DNA of 64,000 nt from Camelus ferus (lineage: Eukaryota). This document shows positions 36,685-49,544 of this stretch, piece by piece. The notes beneath the pieces are model-generated. The model was given only the letters and a program-made list of their open reading frames with translations. It was not told where the DNA came from and ran no database searches. The stretch covers positions 84,570,001 through 84,634,000 of the forward strand of contig NC_045696.1 of assembly GCF_009834535.1 (NCBI RefSeq), read 5' to 3'. Position 1 is the first letter of the stretch. Each line of letters starts with the position of its first letter. Made by a program: the position numbers and the translations under genes.

Positions 36685-38470
36685 GCTTTCACCTTTTACT
36701 TAAGTTGCATCAGTCCCACTCTAATGATAGGAAAAGGCCATATAACCTACAAAATCGTAACTTTCCTTGAACCCGTGTGAAAACTAAGGTTGCAGGGTAA
36801 CCAATTAGCCTAAAATCTGGAGAAAAACAGATACTTCCAAGGAAAGAAGGAATAAAGCACTGCCTTATCTGAGTCACAGCCAGGATGAAGACTTAGCCAA
36901 CATGAAGGGGTAAAGTTTCAACCAAAATTTTCAAAAAAATGCTGAAGGATGGGGATGGGTTTGTGGGATTGTATGGAGCCCTGGGAAACCACAGACAAAG
37001 GGAGATTCTGTTCACTCTTAGGCTCTAGGTCATGGATCTCTCCCAAATGAAATGTGCACTAAAAAAGATTGGGGACAGGGCAGGAGACTGGAAAAGGTCT
37101 TCCTCCTGGTGCAGGTCGGGGGTAAGGGGTGGGGGGAGTAGATAACTATGAGAAAAGCATAAAGCCCCACCAGGATTGTATTATTTCTATTAAGCTGCTA
37201 GGTGCAGGAAACAGAAAACAAAACAAGATAAAATAATTACAAAGCCAAAAACAAATAAACAAGCAAAAGCTTTCTACCCTAAAGAAGGGATAGGATTTAT
37301 CATTTGTGGACTTTTGAATGATGGCCATTCTGACTGGTGTGAGGTGATGCCTCATTACTTGTATGTGGAATCTAAAAAGAAAAAAAAAAAAAAAGACAAA
37401 TGAATCTATTTACAAAACAGAAACAGACTCACAGACATAGAAAACAAACTAATGGTTACCAGGGGGGAGAGAGGGTGGGAAGGGATAAATTGAGATTTCG
37501 AGATTTGCAGACACTAACTACTATATATAAAATAGATAAACAACAAGTTCATACTGTATTGCACAGGGAACTATATTCAATATCTTGTAGTAACTTATAG
37601 TGAAAAAGAATATGAAAAGGAATATATATAATATGTGTATGACTGAAACATTATGCTTCACACTAGAAATTGACACAACATTGTAAACTGACTATACTTC
37701 AATAAAAAATATATATATGTGTGTGTGTGTGTGTGTATATATATATGCATAAAAAAATAAAGAAGGGACTGGAAAATGTACAGAGCCCAGATCTCTAGAA
37801 ATTTCTCACCACCACCGAGGAGGGCAAGATCATTATAAAACCCCAGCCTTGAGACTGAGATATATAGTACCTATCTATAAGTCTAAAATAAAACAGGAAA
37901 TACTTCTCCACCTTACTACTCTCCTCACACTATATTAGCAAGCATTAACAGTTTACAGGGATTTACCACTGGGGGCAGGGCAAGAATTTGGAGATAAGTT
38001 CTCTCTGAGGTTTTGGCTAAAAGGGAAAGTTTAAATTTGAGGGCATATCCCAACCCTTACTTAGGCAGAGAATAAAGCTAAAGGAACCAGGAGGCAGCTG
38101 TGCACTTAGGATAGTAATAAGAATAAAATCTGAAACCATCTCAGCTCTTGACTAGGTTATCTCAATCCCTACCAAATACTCAACAAAATCTTAGGAGAAA
38201 GAGAATGCTTATTTCCAGATAAATGTATTTTTTAAACTTCAATCTCTACTGTTCTGCACACAATGTCCAGCTTTCAACCAAAAAAGGAGAAAAATAACAG
38301 TAAAGTGACAAACAAACAAACAAAAAAACAGAACTAGACTGAGAGACCACCCAGACGTTGAAATTTTTAGTGAATATAAAATGAGCAATTATGTTTAAAG
38401 TTTCCAAAGGAAACAGCGTACAGCATGCATTAACAGATGGGGAATCTCAGCAGGGATGGAAACCACAAAA
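36685..38470 (+). mobile_element. Old L1 (L1MC/MD-like) 5' region, interrupted by a young L1
   Basis: aactaaggttgcagggtaacca, aatgtccagctttcaaccaaaaa, cagaactagactgagagaccacccagacgttgaaatt and cagatggggaatctcagcaggga are typical of the L1M 5'UTR/ORF1 start. Confidence 0.6.
37295..37758 (+). mobile_element. Young camelid-type L1, 5'-truncated with 5' inversion (twin priming)
   Basis: 37295-37356 is antisense ORF2 (MRHHLTPVRMAIIQKSTNDK); 37357-37710 is sense 3'UTR with AATAAA; the tail carries (AT)(GT)(AT). TSD AAAGAAGGGA(TA/CT)GGA at 37281-37295 and 37759-37773. Confidence 0.92.
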
Positions 38471-38474
38471 CCCT

Positions 38475-39170
38475 AAAACTACTGAGATACCTTTTCCTCG
38501 TCTATCAGAGAAGTAAAATGTCAAATACATGAAAATTAAAAGGGTAGCAATATACTCCCTCAGGGCCTCTGTCAGGAAACAGACACTCATACACTAGTGG
38601 TGGGATGCGCACTGGTAGAACTCATTTGGAAGAGTGAAATATTTAAAAAAAAATTTAATGAAACTCCCAATTAACCTATAAAATTACCCTAAGGATAAAT
38701 CTTCTCAACAAAATAAGAATATATATAGACAAGTGTATTTATTGTAGCACTGTTTTTAATTACAGAAATTGGAGATGACCTATACGTTCATACAAAGGGG
38801 AATGGTTGAATAGACTGTAGTCTATTATCCATCCAATGGATTACAATGAAAACAACATATCAACTGACAGAATGATTTTTAGAGCATATGCAGCAAGGTG
38901 ACAAAAGCAAAGTGCAAAAGATTATTTATTGTACACTACCTTTCATGTAGGAAAAGGAGAAACAAGAGTATATGTACCTGGTTGTTCAAAGTGAAAAAGA
39001 AAATTTAAATAAGAGGTAAAAATGGTTATCTATATGGCTGGGTGAGAATGTGGTGCAAAGGATAAAAGGATGGAAACAAGGTAAAAGGAACTGGGGTTGG
39101 CACTTCATTAAGTATGCTTTAAAAAAACAGTTCTGATTTTAAGATCTAGGTTAATATTTCATATACTTAA
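38475..39170 (+). mobile_element. L1ME-like 3' end, right half
   Basis: aaaactactgagatacc...ctatcaga, ggaaacagacactcatacactagtggtggg, tttattgtagcactgttt, ggaatggttgaataga. Confidence 0.8.
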
Positions 39171-39384
39171 TAGGGAGATTAATAATTAAATGAGGGTGAA
39201 ACTTTAAGTCCAAGAAAAATTTTTACTCTTTTTTTTTTAAATAAATTGGACTTTTTCTTTTAATTCAAGCTTCCTTTCTCTTTCTCTACCTATAAAACAT
39301 TTTGGTTGAAAAAGTAAGAAAATATTGACAGCTTCTATATTGCTAACCTTTATCCTTTTTCATTTTCTAACCAGCCCTGGGGAA

Positions 39385-39540
39385 ATAGCACACTGAAGTG
39401 GAATAAGCACTGGACTCAGCTGGAAATCTTCAACTCAGTTGTAAAAAAGTCACAACCTTTATGATCTTCAAAGCCCATATCTTTGTAATGAGGATACTAA
39501 TTCTTCTTTCTGGCAAGTGTGGTTGAAGGATAATGAATTA
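39385..39540 (+). mobile_element. MIR SINE (decayed)
   Basis: gtggaataagcactggact...aagtcacaacct...gtaatgaggatactaat...ggttgaaggataatga. Confidence 0.55.
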
Positions 39541-39789
39541 ACAGAATAACTGCTTAGAGAATAAGGCTATGGGAAATCCACTCTACATATGTTGGCTGGT
39601 TTGCTTTGGCAGAGAGATGGCTGAGTTACTGAATTAGTTAGTCTGCAGCAGGTCCAGTAAGGAAGATACCTGAAATAAAAAACAAATTAACTGCTGAATT
39701 TTTTATTTGTCTCAATGGTTGTACTTTTTTAACTTTAGTGTATTTGCTCAATAGTCGGACAAAAGTGCCTTAAAGAACTTGGTGGGAAA

Positions 39790-40032
39790 ATAGTGTAGAA
39801 TAGGTGGCTCTGAATCTAAGGGCATTCGACTTTTAGAAGTTAAAGGCATTCAAATCCTACCTGTGCCATATTCTGTGTAACACTGCATTTTTCTCAATTT
39901 TCCTAAGATTTCTTGTACTGACCACGAAACTGATGCACTAAGAACACTTACCCAACAGGGTAACAGTTAGGACAGGGCTTGACTGATAGTAAGTACCTAG
40001 TGAATTTTGACTATTATTATTGTTGTTATTAT
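39790..40032 (+). mobile_element. MIR SINE
   Basis: ggctctgaatc...ttcaaatcctacctgtgcca...gatagtaagtacctagtgaattttgactattatta. Confidence 0.6.
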
Positions 40033-40084
40033 TTGATAACTTCATTTAAATTGAATTTAAAAAGAGGAAAATTGTAGGCATGTT

Positions 40085-40500
40085 AAATACAAGGATCATT
40101 TCTTCATAAGAATTTCAAAATATATCAACCTACTAAATCAAGAAAAAGGGGTTGGAGAAAGAACAAACTCATAAATGAAAAAATAACAGAGAAATTATCT
40201 GTCAAAGAGTTATTTCAAAGAATCACGAGTTCTTTGCAAATAATTCTGATAACCTGGATATTATGTGTGATTTTTCTAGGATAACTATACAAGAACTGAT
40301 CCTATCAGGATAGAAATCTAAGCAGAAAATTACTGGGGAAGAAATAAAGTTGTCAAAAATACACTGCTTATTTAAGAAACACAAAACTTAAATAAGCAGT
40401 TTCAGATGATAATAGTGCAATGCCTTTAAGTAACAGATAATTCTAATGACCTCTTAACTGTTTCTGAGGACAAAGATAAACTGCAAATTATTTCTATGGA
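40085..40500 (+). mobile_element. Ancient L1 ORF2 internal fragment
   Basis: tgcaaataattctgataacctggat, gatagaaatctaagcaga...gaagaaataaagttgtcaaaaa, aacagataattctaat and aactgcaaattatttctatg are colinear with the ORF2 Z-domain region. Confidence 0.6.
40363..40400. repeat. Perfect 14-bp inverted repeat with 10-nt spacer
   Basis: ACTGCTTATTTAAG-aaacacaaaa-CTTAAATAAGCAGT. Confidence 0.95.
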
Positions 40501-40649
40501 GTTCATCTGAAATACATTTGTTTTTAATCTTTATTAAGGTGTACTGAAGTTTTTATTTCATTGTTCCTTTCTATATTCTTAATTTTGAATCATAATTCTT
40601 TAATAATATTTCTTATTTCTAGTAACATTTCTTGTTTCTTTTTTCCCTA

Positions 40650-41945
40650 TTTTTTTGAGATATAATTAATACATAACATTGTGTAAATTTAAGGTGTATA
40701 ATGTGTTGATTTGCTACACATATGTTGCACTATGATTACTATCCTAGTGTTAGCTGACACCTCCCTCACCTACTATACTCATTTTTTTGTGTGGTGAGAA
40801 CATTTATAATATACAGTCTTAGCAACTTTCAAGTATGTAACACAGTATTGTTAACTATAATCACAATGCTGTTCATTAGATACCCAGAAATGTTTCAATT
40901 TCTAACTGGAAGATTTTAGTCTTTAATCAACATCTCTCCATTTTTCCCACCCCTGATAATCATCATTCTACTCTCCATTCATATGAGTTGAGCTTTTATA
41001 GATTCCACATATAAGTCATATCATATCATTTGTCTTTCTCTATCTGACTTACTTCACTTAGCATAATGCCCTCAAGGTCCATCCATGTCGTTGCAAATGG
41101 CAGGGTTTAATTGTAAACAATATGGCAACAAACATGGTAGTGCAGATATCTCTTTGAGATTCTGTTTTAACTGCCTTTGGATTTGTACCTAAAAGTGGGA
41201 TTGCTGAATCATATGGCAGTTCTATTTTTAATTTTGAAGGGAACCTCCATATTGTCGTCCATATTAGGAGTACCAATTTACATTCCCGCCAACAGCGTAT
41301 AAGAGCTCCCTTCTCCACATCCTCACCAATGCTTATTGACTCTTGTCTTTTTGATGATAGACATTCTAATAGATATGAGGTGATATCTCGTTGTGGTTTT
41401 GAGTTGCATTTTCCTGATGATTAGTGATGTTGAGCATATTTTCATGTACCTATTGGCCACCTGTATGTCTTCTTTGAAAAATGTCTATTCAGTTTTTCTG
41501 CTTATTTTTATATCAGGTTGTATTTTTGCCATTGAGTCTATGAGTTCTTTATATATTTTGAATATTAACTGCTTATCAGATGAATGGTTTACAAATCTTT
41601 TCTTCTGTTCTATAGGTTGTCTTTTCATTTTTTTGACTGTTTATCTTGCTGTGTGGAAGCTTTTTAGTTTGATGTAGCCCATTTGTTTATTTTTGCTTTT
41701 ATTTGTGCTCTTAGTTGTGACATATTCAAAAAAATCAATGTCAAGGAGTTTTCTTCCTATGTTCTCTTCTAGGAATTTTATGGTTTAAGGTCTTATATTT
41801 AAGTCTTCCAACCATTTTGAGTTAATTTTTGTGTGTGTTGTAAAATAGATGTCTGATTTCACTTTAGTGCATGTGGTTTTCTCATCACTATTGAAAGATT
41901 ATCTTTTCTCCATTGAATATTATTGGCTATCTTATCAAATATTAG
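40650..41945 (-). mobile_element. L1MA9-like 3' portion with an internal deletion near 41108
   Basis: ttgagatataatt...tttaaggtgtataatgtgttgattt, tcttagcaactttcaagtat, gattccacatataagt. The minus-strand ORF ...LKIELPYDSAIPLLG...DICTTMF jumps directly to KPCHLQRHGWTLRALC. Confidence 0.92.
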
Positions 41946-42092
41946 TAAGGGTTTCAGGTAATGAATTTTCCTTTCTTAGTTTCTTTGGCTGTTCCTATTA
42001 ATTTCTAATAAATCACATCTTACTCCTAATTTTTTGGACATGTCACATATGAGATCTTCTTTGAGTAAGAGCTAAGGAATTCACTGCTTGCT

Positions 42093-42096
<4 letters not shown>

Positions 42097-42138
<42 letters not shown>
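42097..42138. repeat. (TG)21 microsatellite
   Basis: Uninterrupted TG run. Confidence 0.95.
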
Positions 42139-42141
<3 letters not shown>

Positions 42142-44504
42142 AATAATCCACAGCTACAGGATATTTTGTGTTCATTTTACTTTCTCATTTTATTATATAT
42201 GTATTTTTGGCTTGAGTGAAAGCCAGTCATTCAATCATTTAAATTTTAAAACATAAACAAACTTTAATTAGGCTTTGTATATATTTATCTTTTTGGACAG
42301 TTTGAAAAATTAAACTGTGAGTATAAACTTATTGTCAATTTAAATGTTATTCTGATTGATTTAAGAATTACATAGATTTCAATGTCAACATCAGCTTATT
42401 CTATAGTATGCTGATTTTTGAGCAAGATTATTATACTACTGTCAGAGAGAAGATACTGTAAATTATGGGTTTTTAATGTTAATTTAGAACTACCATATAT
42501 ACAATTTATTATTTTAAATTATGCACATTTTCCCCTTGTCTTTGTATTTTTATATTGAGTATATTGCCATAGGAATTTGGGATCTATTTTTATTGAAATT
42601 ATATGCTAATATCCATCTGCTCTTTCATTAGAGATTTAATTTTAAAAGAGAAATTATTTGTATTCAAATTCAAAACTTTTACTGAATAGTTTGAAATCCT
42701 GGATTATCTAGGACAAAATATGCCTACTTTCAATAATTATAGGCAATTCATACATGCACATCCTTTTAGTCCATGCAGGCATATATTGCAGATCTCTGGA
42801 TTTTTAATTTCTTATATAGCTATTTTAATGAGGCAAAATCGAAATACCATGAAAAAACATTAAAGCTATGCAAAATACATTATAATATGTAAAAGTAGAA
42901 GGTAAAGCAGATTTGTTAGCTCAAAGTCAAGCTGGCTCAGTGTGATCCAATTCCTCTGACCATTTCTGCAGATAAAAGGGAGTATAAACTGTGTATTAAC
43001 TTGACCTGAACTCTCTAATTGCATAAAGGGTCTGACAAGACTAAAAATTTAGAGAAAGCTAAGGTAAGGCAGAATAGAAGACAATAAATCTTACTGGGGA
43101 AATTAGAAATCATGATATAGAGAACTCGGGCACATTTATATTCCTGGATTTCACTATTAGAATTATAGGGAAAACTAGTTTTCCAATATTAAACTCTGCT
43201 TCGTAAATGTGAATGACCATGGTTTGAATTAAAATATATTTCGTTAGATGATATGATAACAGGATGTTTAAAGACCAGAGAAAATGAAAGAAAGAAAAAC
43301 ATATCATGGAAGTAATGTACACTCTAGAGAATGAACACACTAATGAAAGTGGATAAGCAACAAAATTTTCACTGAAGAGAAGTGGATTTTTTAATTAACT
43401 CTCTCAAATTGCACCATTTTATGTTTACTTATGACATGTTTTGATATGTTGAAATTGACAGCAGTTGCATTCCAGCAAAGAAATGCAATTCATGATTTAT
43501 TATTTCTGTGTGAAAAATTAAAATTCAAATTTTTAATCTCTAAGAAGAAAACTGAATGTGAACCTTGGCTATAGAAATCTTTCCTACTCTGAGTTTAGCT
43601 GTGTCACACTGTTGTTTCTCTTACATCTTTATTAGAGAAAGAATTTAAAGCTCTTCCTGAATATCAGAGAAAGACATCTGAATGTGAACCTTTGTTTTGG
43701 AATTTATTGTGGCCTTGGAAAAAAAGATACCTCTGATTGTCAGTTTTTTCATTAGTAAAATATAGGTTAAAAATATCAATCTAGTGGGGTTGAGAGATTA
43801 GTGATAATGCTAGGTAAATTTAGGTGATTTGCTTTATCTCTCCTTCTCAGGTTCCTTTTCTGTATTATTTGTATGGCAACTGATTACATTAAGAAGATAA
43901 CCATAGGAAAAGGATAGATCAACATTTATTATCGCCCCTACAATATTTATAACGTGCAATGTAGCCACTTGTGAATAGTGCTGTTTCTCTATCAAGGTTC
44001 TTGGTAAGAATCAAGTCTTCATGTAAAGCATTACCTTAATGAATTAACTTTCTTCCTATGCATCTAGAATGGTACTGGTTGTATAACAGTCTTAAGAGAC
44101 TGAAAAAATAATCACTTAATTATTTTCTTGTTTTGATTTAGTGGAGAAACACCAGCCAGGAAAGGCAGTGGAATATGTATTTATTTTGCTTAATTCAACA
44201 GGTCCCTAAATGCCACAAAATGCATTTTTGAGGAGTCACCAGACTAGAGGTAATCTCTCTGGACCCTGTTAATAGTTTTGTGCTTTTAACTGCATTACTC
44301 AAGGAGGTGATGGAGAAGGTGCAATTGTTGACAGAAGGATTAGATGATTTACTTGACAGAAAATGAAAGTAGTTTGAAATGTGTATCTTACAAAAAGCAC
44401 CTGGGGGATATTCTCAGTAAGATCAGGCATATTCCATGAAATTTACACTAAAAATGTTGAAGTACAATATGCCTTTAATACAGAGTTTAAAAAAATTGTT
44501 TTTC

Positions 44505-44825
44505 AGGAAACTAGTTGCATAAATTATGGTACACCCATACAATGCAATGCTATTTAGCCTTTGAAAAATGAGGCAGATCTGCAAGTACTGATAAAGAAAA
44601 ATTTCCTAATGTACTGAAAATTAATACAGGTTGGATAGAGAAGAGCATGTTTGAATTGCTACATCTTATCATCCAACCAACAAAACAGAAACATTTTAAG
44701 TAGGGATCATGAGCCTAGGAAGCAGAATTGAGATGAAGAATATCTTTTTACTATACAGTATTTTGTGCTGTTTGATTGTTTTTATAACTATGTGCACCTA
44801 TTACTTAATTCACAGAATTTAAAAT
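44505..44825 (+). mobile_element. L1ME4-like 3' end
   Basis: ataaattatggtacacccatacaatgcaatgctat...aaaatgaggcagatctg. Confidence 0.7.
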
Positions 44826-44829
44826 AATG

Positions 44830-45110
44830 TGAAACAAATCAAACACGAGAAGAAATAAAATGTTTGATGTAAATCCTCAAACTAAAGTATGATGAAACTC
44901 TTATTTTATTAGGTAGCCTTATCAAAATAAACGCAAATCTTCAATGTAGTTGACCATTGTCTTTGGAGTATCATCAGAAAGAGCTGTATATTTACTAGCT
45001 GAGATAGTCCTGCCATTTTCATTTTTCTTAGCCATAAAATAGAAGAAAGTGTGCTCAAGAGTTAAAAACAAAGTGACCTTTAATATATTTACACCACAGC
45101 AGTCTAACAA
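44830..45110 (-). mobile_element. hAT-Charlie transposase fossil fragment
   Basis: Across frameshifts the minus strand gives ALSDDT..MVNYIEDL / NKIRVSSYFSLR / LFLLVF, resembling the Charlie/Buster motif order PLSNDT.RRI.DL / IK...YFSLQLDE / LLVFVRY. Confidence 0.45.
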
Positions 45111-46712
45111 GCCTCAACCATGAATTAAAAAACAAAACACTTTTAATGTTATTTAAATGTAGAAATAGCATATTTATGGAAAAATAAGTGATTATTATAA
45201 TGTCATAATATGATATGAATTATCAGCTTATTGAAGAAGGCTAATGAGTAATTGAAAAGCTCCTTAACTCTTAATCACATAATTTTCCAGCTGAGACAAC
45301 CTGCTGTTATCTCCAATAGAGTTAAGACGCCCCTCTGCAGCATACCTGATATTTATCATTAAGTGGGTTTAATTAAATTAATAGCAACCAGCATATATTT
45401 ATTTCCTGCCTTGTACAACTTTTGAATACTAAATCATACAAGTATTTTGTCAAATTAACCACTAAATTAATTTTGACCCCAATTTAAAAAAAAATTGTAG
45501 TCAGAGGTTTAAAATTTCACTTATATAAAAACTCCAATTAGTAAGACTCTTTCAATCAATGCCATTTTCACTCTAAAACTTAATCTTTTGAAATCAAAAG
45601 TTCTTCAGCATCATTAGTTATACTAACATCAGGGTCATACATTCCTTAAAAGATATATACACACACATATATATATATAAAATTCAACTCTGCTACCTTT
45701 CAGAAAATTGCGTTTTTGTTTCCTTCAAGAAGTCGCATTATATGAGAGCCTTTACTGATGTATTTTTTGCCTTTTAATATTATTTTCTCTTTAATGATTG
45801 TGTCCCTCCCTCATATTATCACCTGTATGAAATAGAGCTTTCATTCTAGGTCTCTTGGCAAAAACTTCTCACTACTACTTGTTTGGTTCCTAAGTCAGAG
45901 GTGATCACCTTGACCCTGACATCTTCTCTGTTTATACCTTATTAGTGACAATCAACACAGTCGGCATTGCCTTCCTCATTTACGGTTTGTTTCCTCTATA
46001 AAACTTTTCAGAAAACAAAACTGTTCAAAAGATTATACTTTTCTCTGACTTTTATAACATGATATATATGTGGCAGGGAAAAACAACAGAACTCTACTAT
46101 TTAAATTCCAAGTTTTGTAAGTTCAATCAATACAATTTTCTACTCATGTTTTCAAATTGCAGTGTCCTGCCTTCCTGCTCCGCTCTCACAATTTGATTTT
46201 TTTTACAGCTACAGATGATGCATCTTCATTATGCTCTACCTGAATCTATGATTTTTTTTTAATTCCTTGTGACAAATTCCAGTAATGGTGACTTGCTTTC
46301 ACTTAGCACTCTCTGCAGTTTTGGCCTCTGGAGATTCAGATGAATGTGCACTAGATTCCATAAGGGAGGGAACAGATGAAGGAGTGGGTTGGAGTTGAAA
46401 TGGAGTCTGATATTGTGTTCGTACTATGAAAATAATGAAGCTGTATGTATGTTGTTGTGTTTTCTGTGTGTGTGATTTAATAATTGATTAATATTCTAAA
46501 AGAACTCAAGTGCTTTTATCTTTATTCTTATGTTTTATAATGCATGTCCACTGCCTTTAAGAATGAGCAAAAATTCAATATATATAATACTCTCAATTCA
46601 ATCTTACTTCCTTGATAATTATGTCAATATTGCTATATTTTGTTCTGATTTTATTGTTTTTTATTTTCATTTATTTTCTTTCTACCTTCTTTTTTAAATT
46701 CGATTACTTGCC

Positions 46713-47185
46713 TTTTTATTGAGGTAGAATTGATTTATAATATTATATAAGTTCCAGGTGTACAACATAGTGATTCACTATTTTTAAAGATTATACACCA
46801 TTTACATTTATTATAAAATATTGGCTATATTCACTGTGCTGTACAAGGTATCCTTGTTGCTTATTTATTTTATATGTAGTAGTTTGTACCTCTTAATCCC
46901 TATCCCCATCTTGCATCTCCTCCCTTCTTTCTCCCCACTGATAATAGTTTGTTCTTTATATCTGTGAGTCCATTTCTTTTTGTTACATTAGCTATTTTGT
47001 TTTAATTTTTAGATTTCACATATAATTGCTAGCATACAGTGTTTGTCTTTCTATGACTTATTTCACTAAGCATAATACTCTCCATCCATCCATTTTGTTG
47101 CAAGTGAGAAAATGTCATTCTTTTTATAGCTGAATACTATTCCTATGTATATGTGTGTGTACATGTATATGTATTTACACATATA
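46713..47185 (-). mobile_element. Laurasiatherian/cetartiodactyl L1 3' end
   Basis: ttttattgaggtagaattgatttataatattatataagttccaggtgtacaacatagtgattc...tagtagtttgtacctcttaatccc...tgacttatttcactaagcataatactc. Confidence 0.88.
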
Positions 47186-47654
47186 TAATTTAAGAGTTTG
47201 CCACTTTCTAATTTATTTCTTTTGTTGTTTTTTTTTTTTTTGGACTGACTGTGACAAAGTTACATCATACACTTTAAGATTGTTTTAACAAAATTAACAT
47301 TTCCCCATAAAATCTTTTCTTACATTCAGACTCTGAACTTACAGGATTCAAGAAAATAAGGCAATTTGACCAATGATTCTTTATAACAACTATTTCAGGT
47401 TAGCTTTTACTGTATGTGAATTGCTTATTGCCTAAATTCAGAGAATTTGCTGAAACTGCATTTTGTAATTGTTTCAATGTTAGGTTCCTTTCAGGAGCTG
47501 TAATAGATTAAATAAATGAATGTTTAACATGGGTCTTGCTCTACCAGAATTAATTATACAGCACTGTGAGCAAAATTGTTTACATCATATTTTCTTGTTG
47601 TAATACAGCTTATAAAGTGACTATTTTTTAAAATAAAAATTTTCATTTGAAGTC

Positions 47655-48705
47655 TTTTTTAAAAATATACTTTAGCTTTTAGAGAAGTTTTAGGTTCACA
47701 ACAAAATTGAAAGAAAGATACAGATAGTTCCCACATACTCTCCTCTTCCACACATGCATAGCCTCACTCATTATCAACATCCCCTCCAGAGTGCTATATT
47801 TGTTACAATTTTTGAACCTACATTGCACATCTTTATCATCCTACGTCCACAGTTTACCTCAGGGTTTAATCTTGGTGTTGTGCATTCTATGGATTTTGAC
47901 AAATTTATAATGGCATATATCCACCATTATAGTTTTATACGGAGTAGTTTTACTGCTCTCAGAATCCTCTGTGCTGAACCTACTCATCTTACCCTCCAAT
48001 CTAATTCCTGGCAACCACCAATCTTTCTATTGTTGTATAGTTTTGCCTTTTTCATGTACCTGAAACTGTACAGTATGTAGTCTTTTCAGATTGTCTTCTT
48101 TCAGTAAGCAATATGCATTTAATTTTCTTCTATGCCTTTCCATGATTCAATGGCTTATTTATTTTTAGCTCAGAAAAATATTACATTGTCTGAATATAGC
48201 AATGACTTTCTATCTATTCATCTGCTGAAAAACATCTTGATTGCTTCCAAGTTTTGGCAATTATGAATAAAGCTGCTTTAAATATCTCTGTGCAGGTTTT
48301 CATGTGGACATACATTTCTGAACTCCTCTGGGTAAGTAACATGTAGTGCAATTGTTGTATTGTATGTTAAAAGTATGTTTAGTTTTGTAAGAAATTGCCA
48401 AACTATCTTCTGACATGGCTGGACCAAATTCACATTCCCATCAGCAATGAATGCCTGTTGTTCCACATCCTTGACAGCAGTTGGTGTTGTCAGTGTTCTG
48501 GATTTTGGCCATTCTAATAGGTGTATCATGATACCTCATTGTTGTTTTAACTTGCGTTTCTCTAATTACATATGGAGCATCTTTTCATATATTTATTCAC
48601 CATCAGTTTATTGTCTTTGGCAAAGTATCTGTTAAAGTATCTTTGGCTTATTTTGTAATTTTTTTTTAATTGTTGAATTTTATTGTTCTTGTATATTTTC
48701 GATAA
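47655..48705 (-). mobile_element. L1MC1-like 3' portion
   Basis: ttttaggttcacaacaaaattga, ttggtgttgtgcattctatggattttgacaaat, ttgcttccaagttttggcaattatgaataaagctgct. Confidence 0.92.
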
Positions 48706-49544
48706 AGGGTTTTGTTTTTGTTTTTTAAAGAAATGAAAGTTGTTTTCAGGTTATATTAAGCTTCATGTTCCTCACTGTGGGATAACAACTGCTATTTTAC
48801 TGGTATCTGGCCATGGAGACAACAGATAAATAATATGTGTCAGTTAATTTTATTTCAAATTACTCTCTCACTCATTTTGCATGTCTAAGTATGAAAGGCT
48901 AAAGACAATGAAAGCATGTGAGGCTTGGATAAATGTGAGGTCACTTGTAAAAAACCAGATTAGTGTGATTGAATTCTATGGTATTTATTAAAAAAATATA
49001 AAACAAAATGTTATAGACTCAGTCTCAGCAAATGCAGGGCATTTAAAAACATGAACACTTATTTGTATTGTGCATTAAAAATAGATATAAATGTGTTCAA
49101 AAGGTAAGTAAAACATATTGTCACTCACGGTGCTTGTGTCAAAGATTTATCCACAGGGTCCACATATTCTGTGCGTGTATTCAGAACTTTGATCTTTCTA
49201 TTATCACTGCCAGAATATTAATTGAGAAATTTCTTTGCTGTACCCACAGGAACCATTACAAGATTTCTTGAAATAAGAATATAATCACATTTCTTTTGAG
49301 AAATGACAGCACTTATCTTGTCTTCATAAAAAATTCAACTCTTTACCAAGATTTAACTAGATTTGACTTTTTTGCCTCCTATATTGTTACATATTTTTGA
49401 GGTCAGCAGAACTCATACCAGCTGACAATGAGTAATTACCTAACTCTGCAGTATTTTTTTTTTTACTTTATGTATCCCATAATGTTAGCATCCTAATTTT
49501 TGCCACCTGAAATGTGTCTACATAAGAAATGAATTTTATATTAG

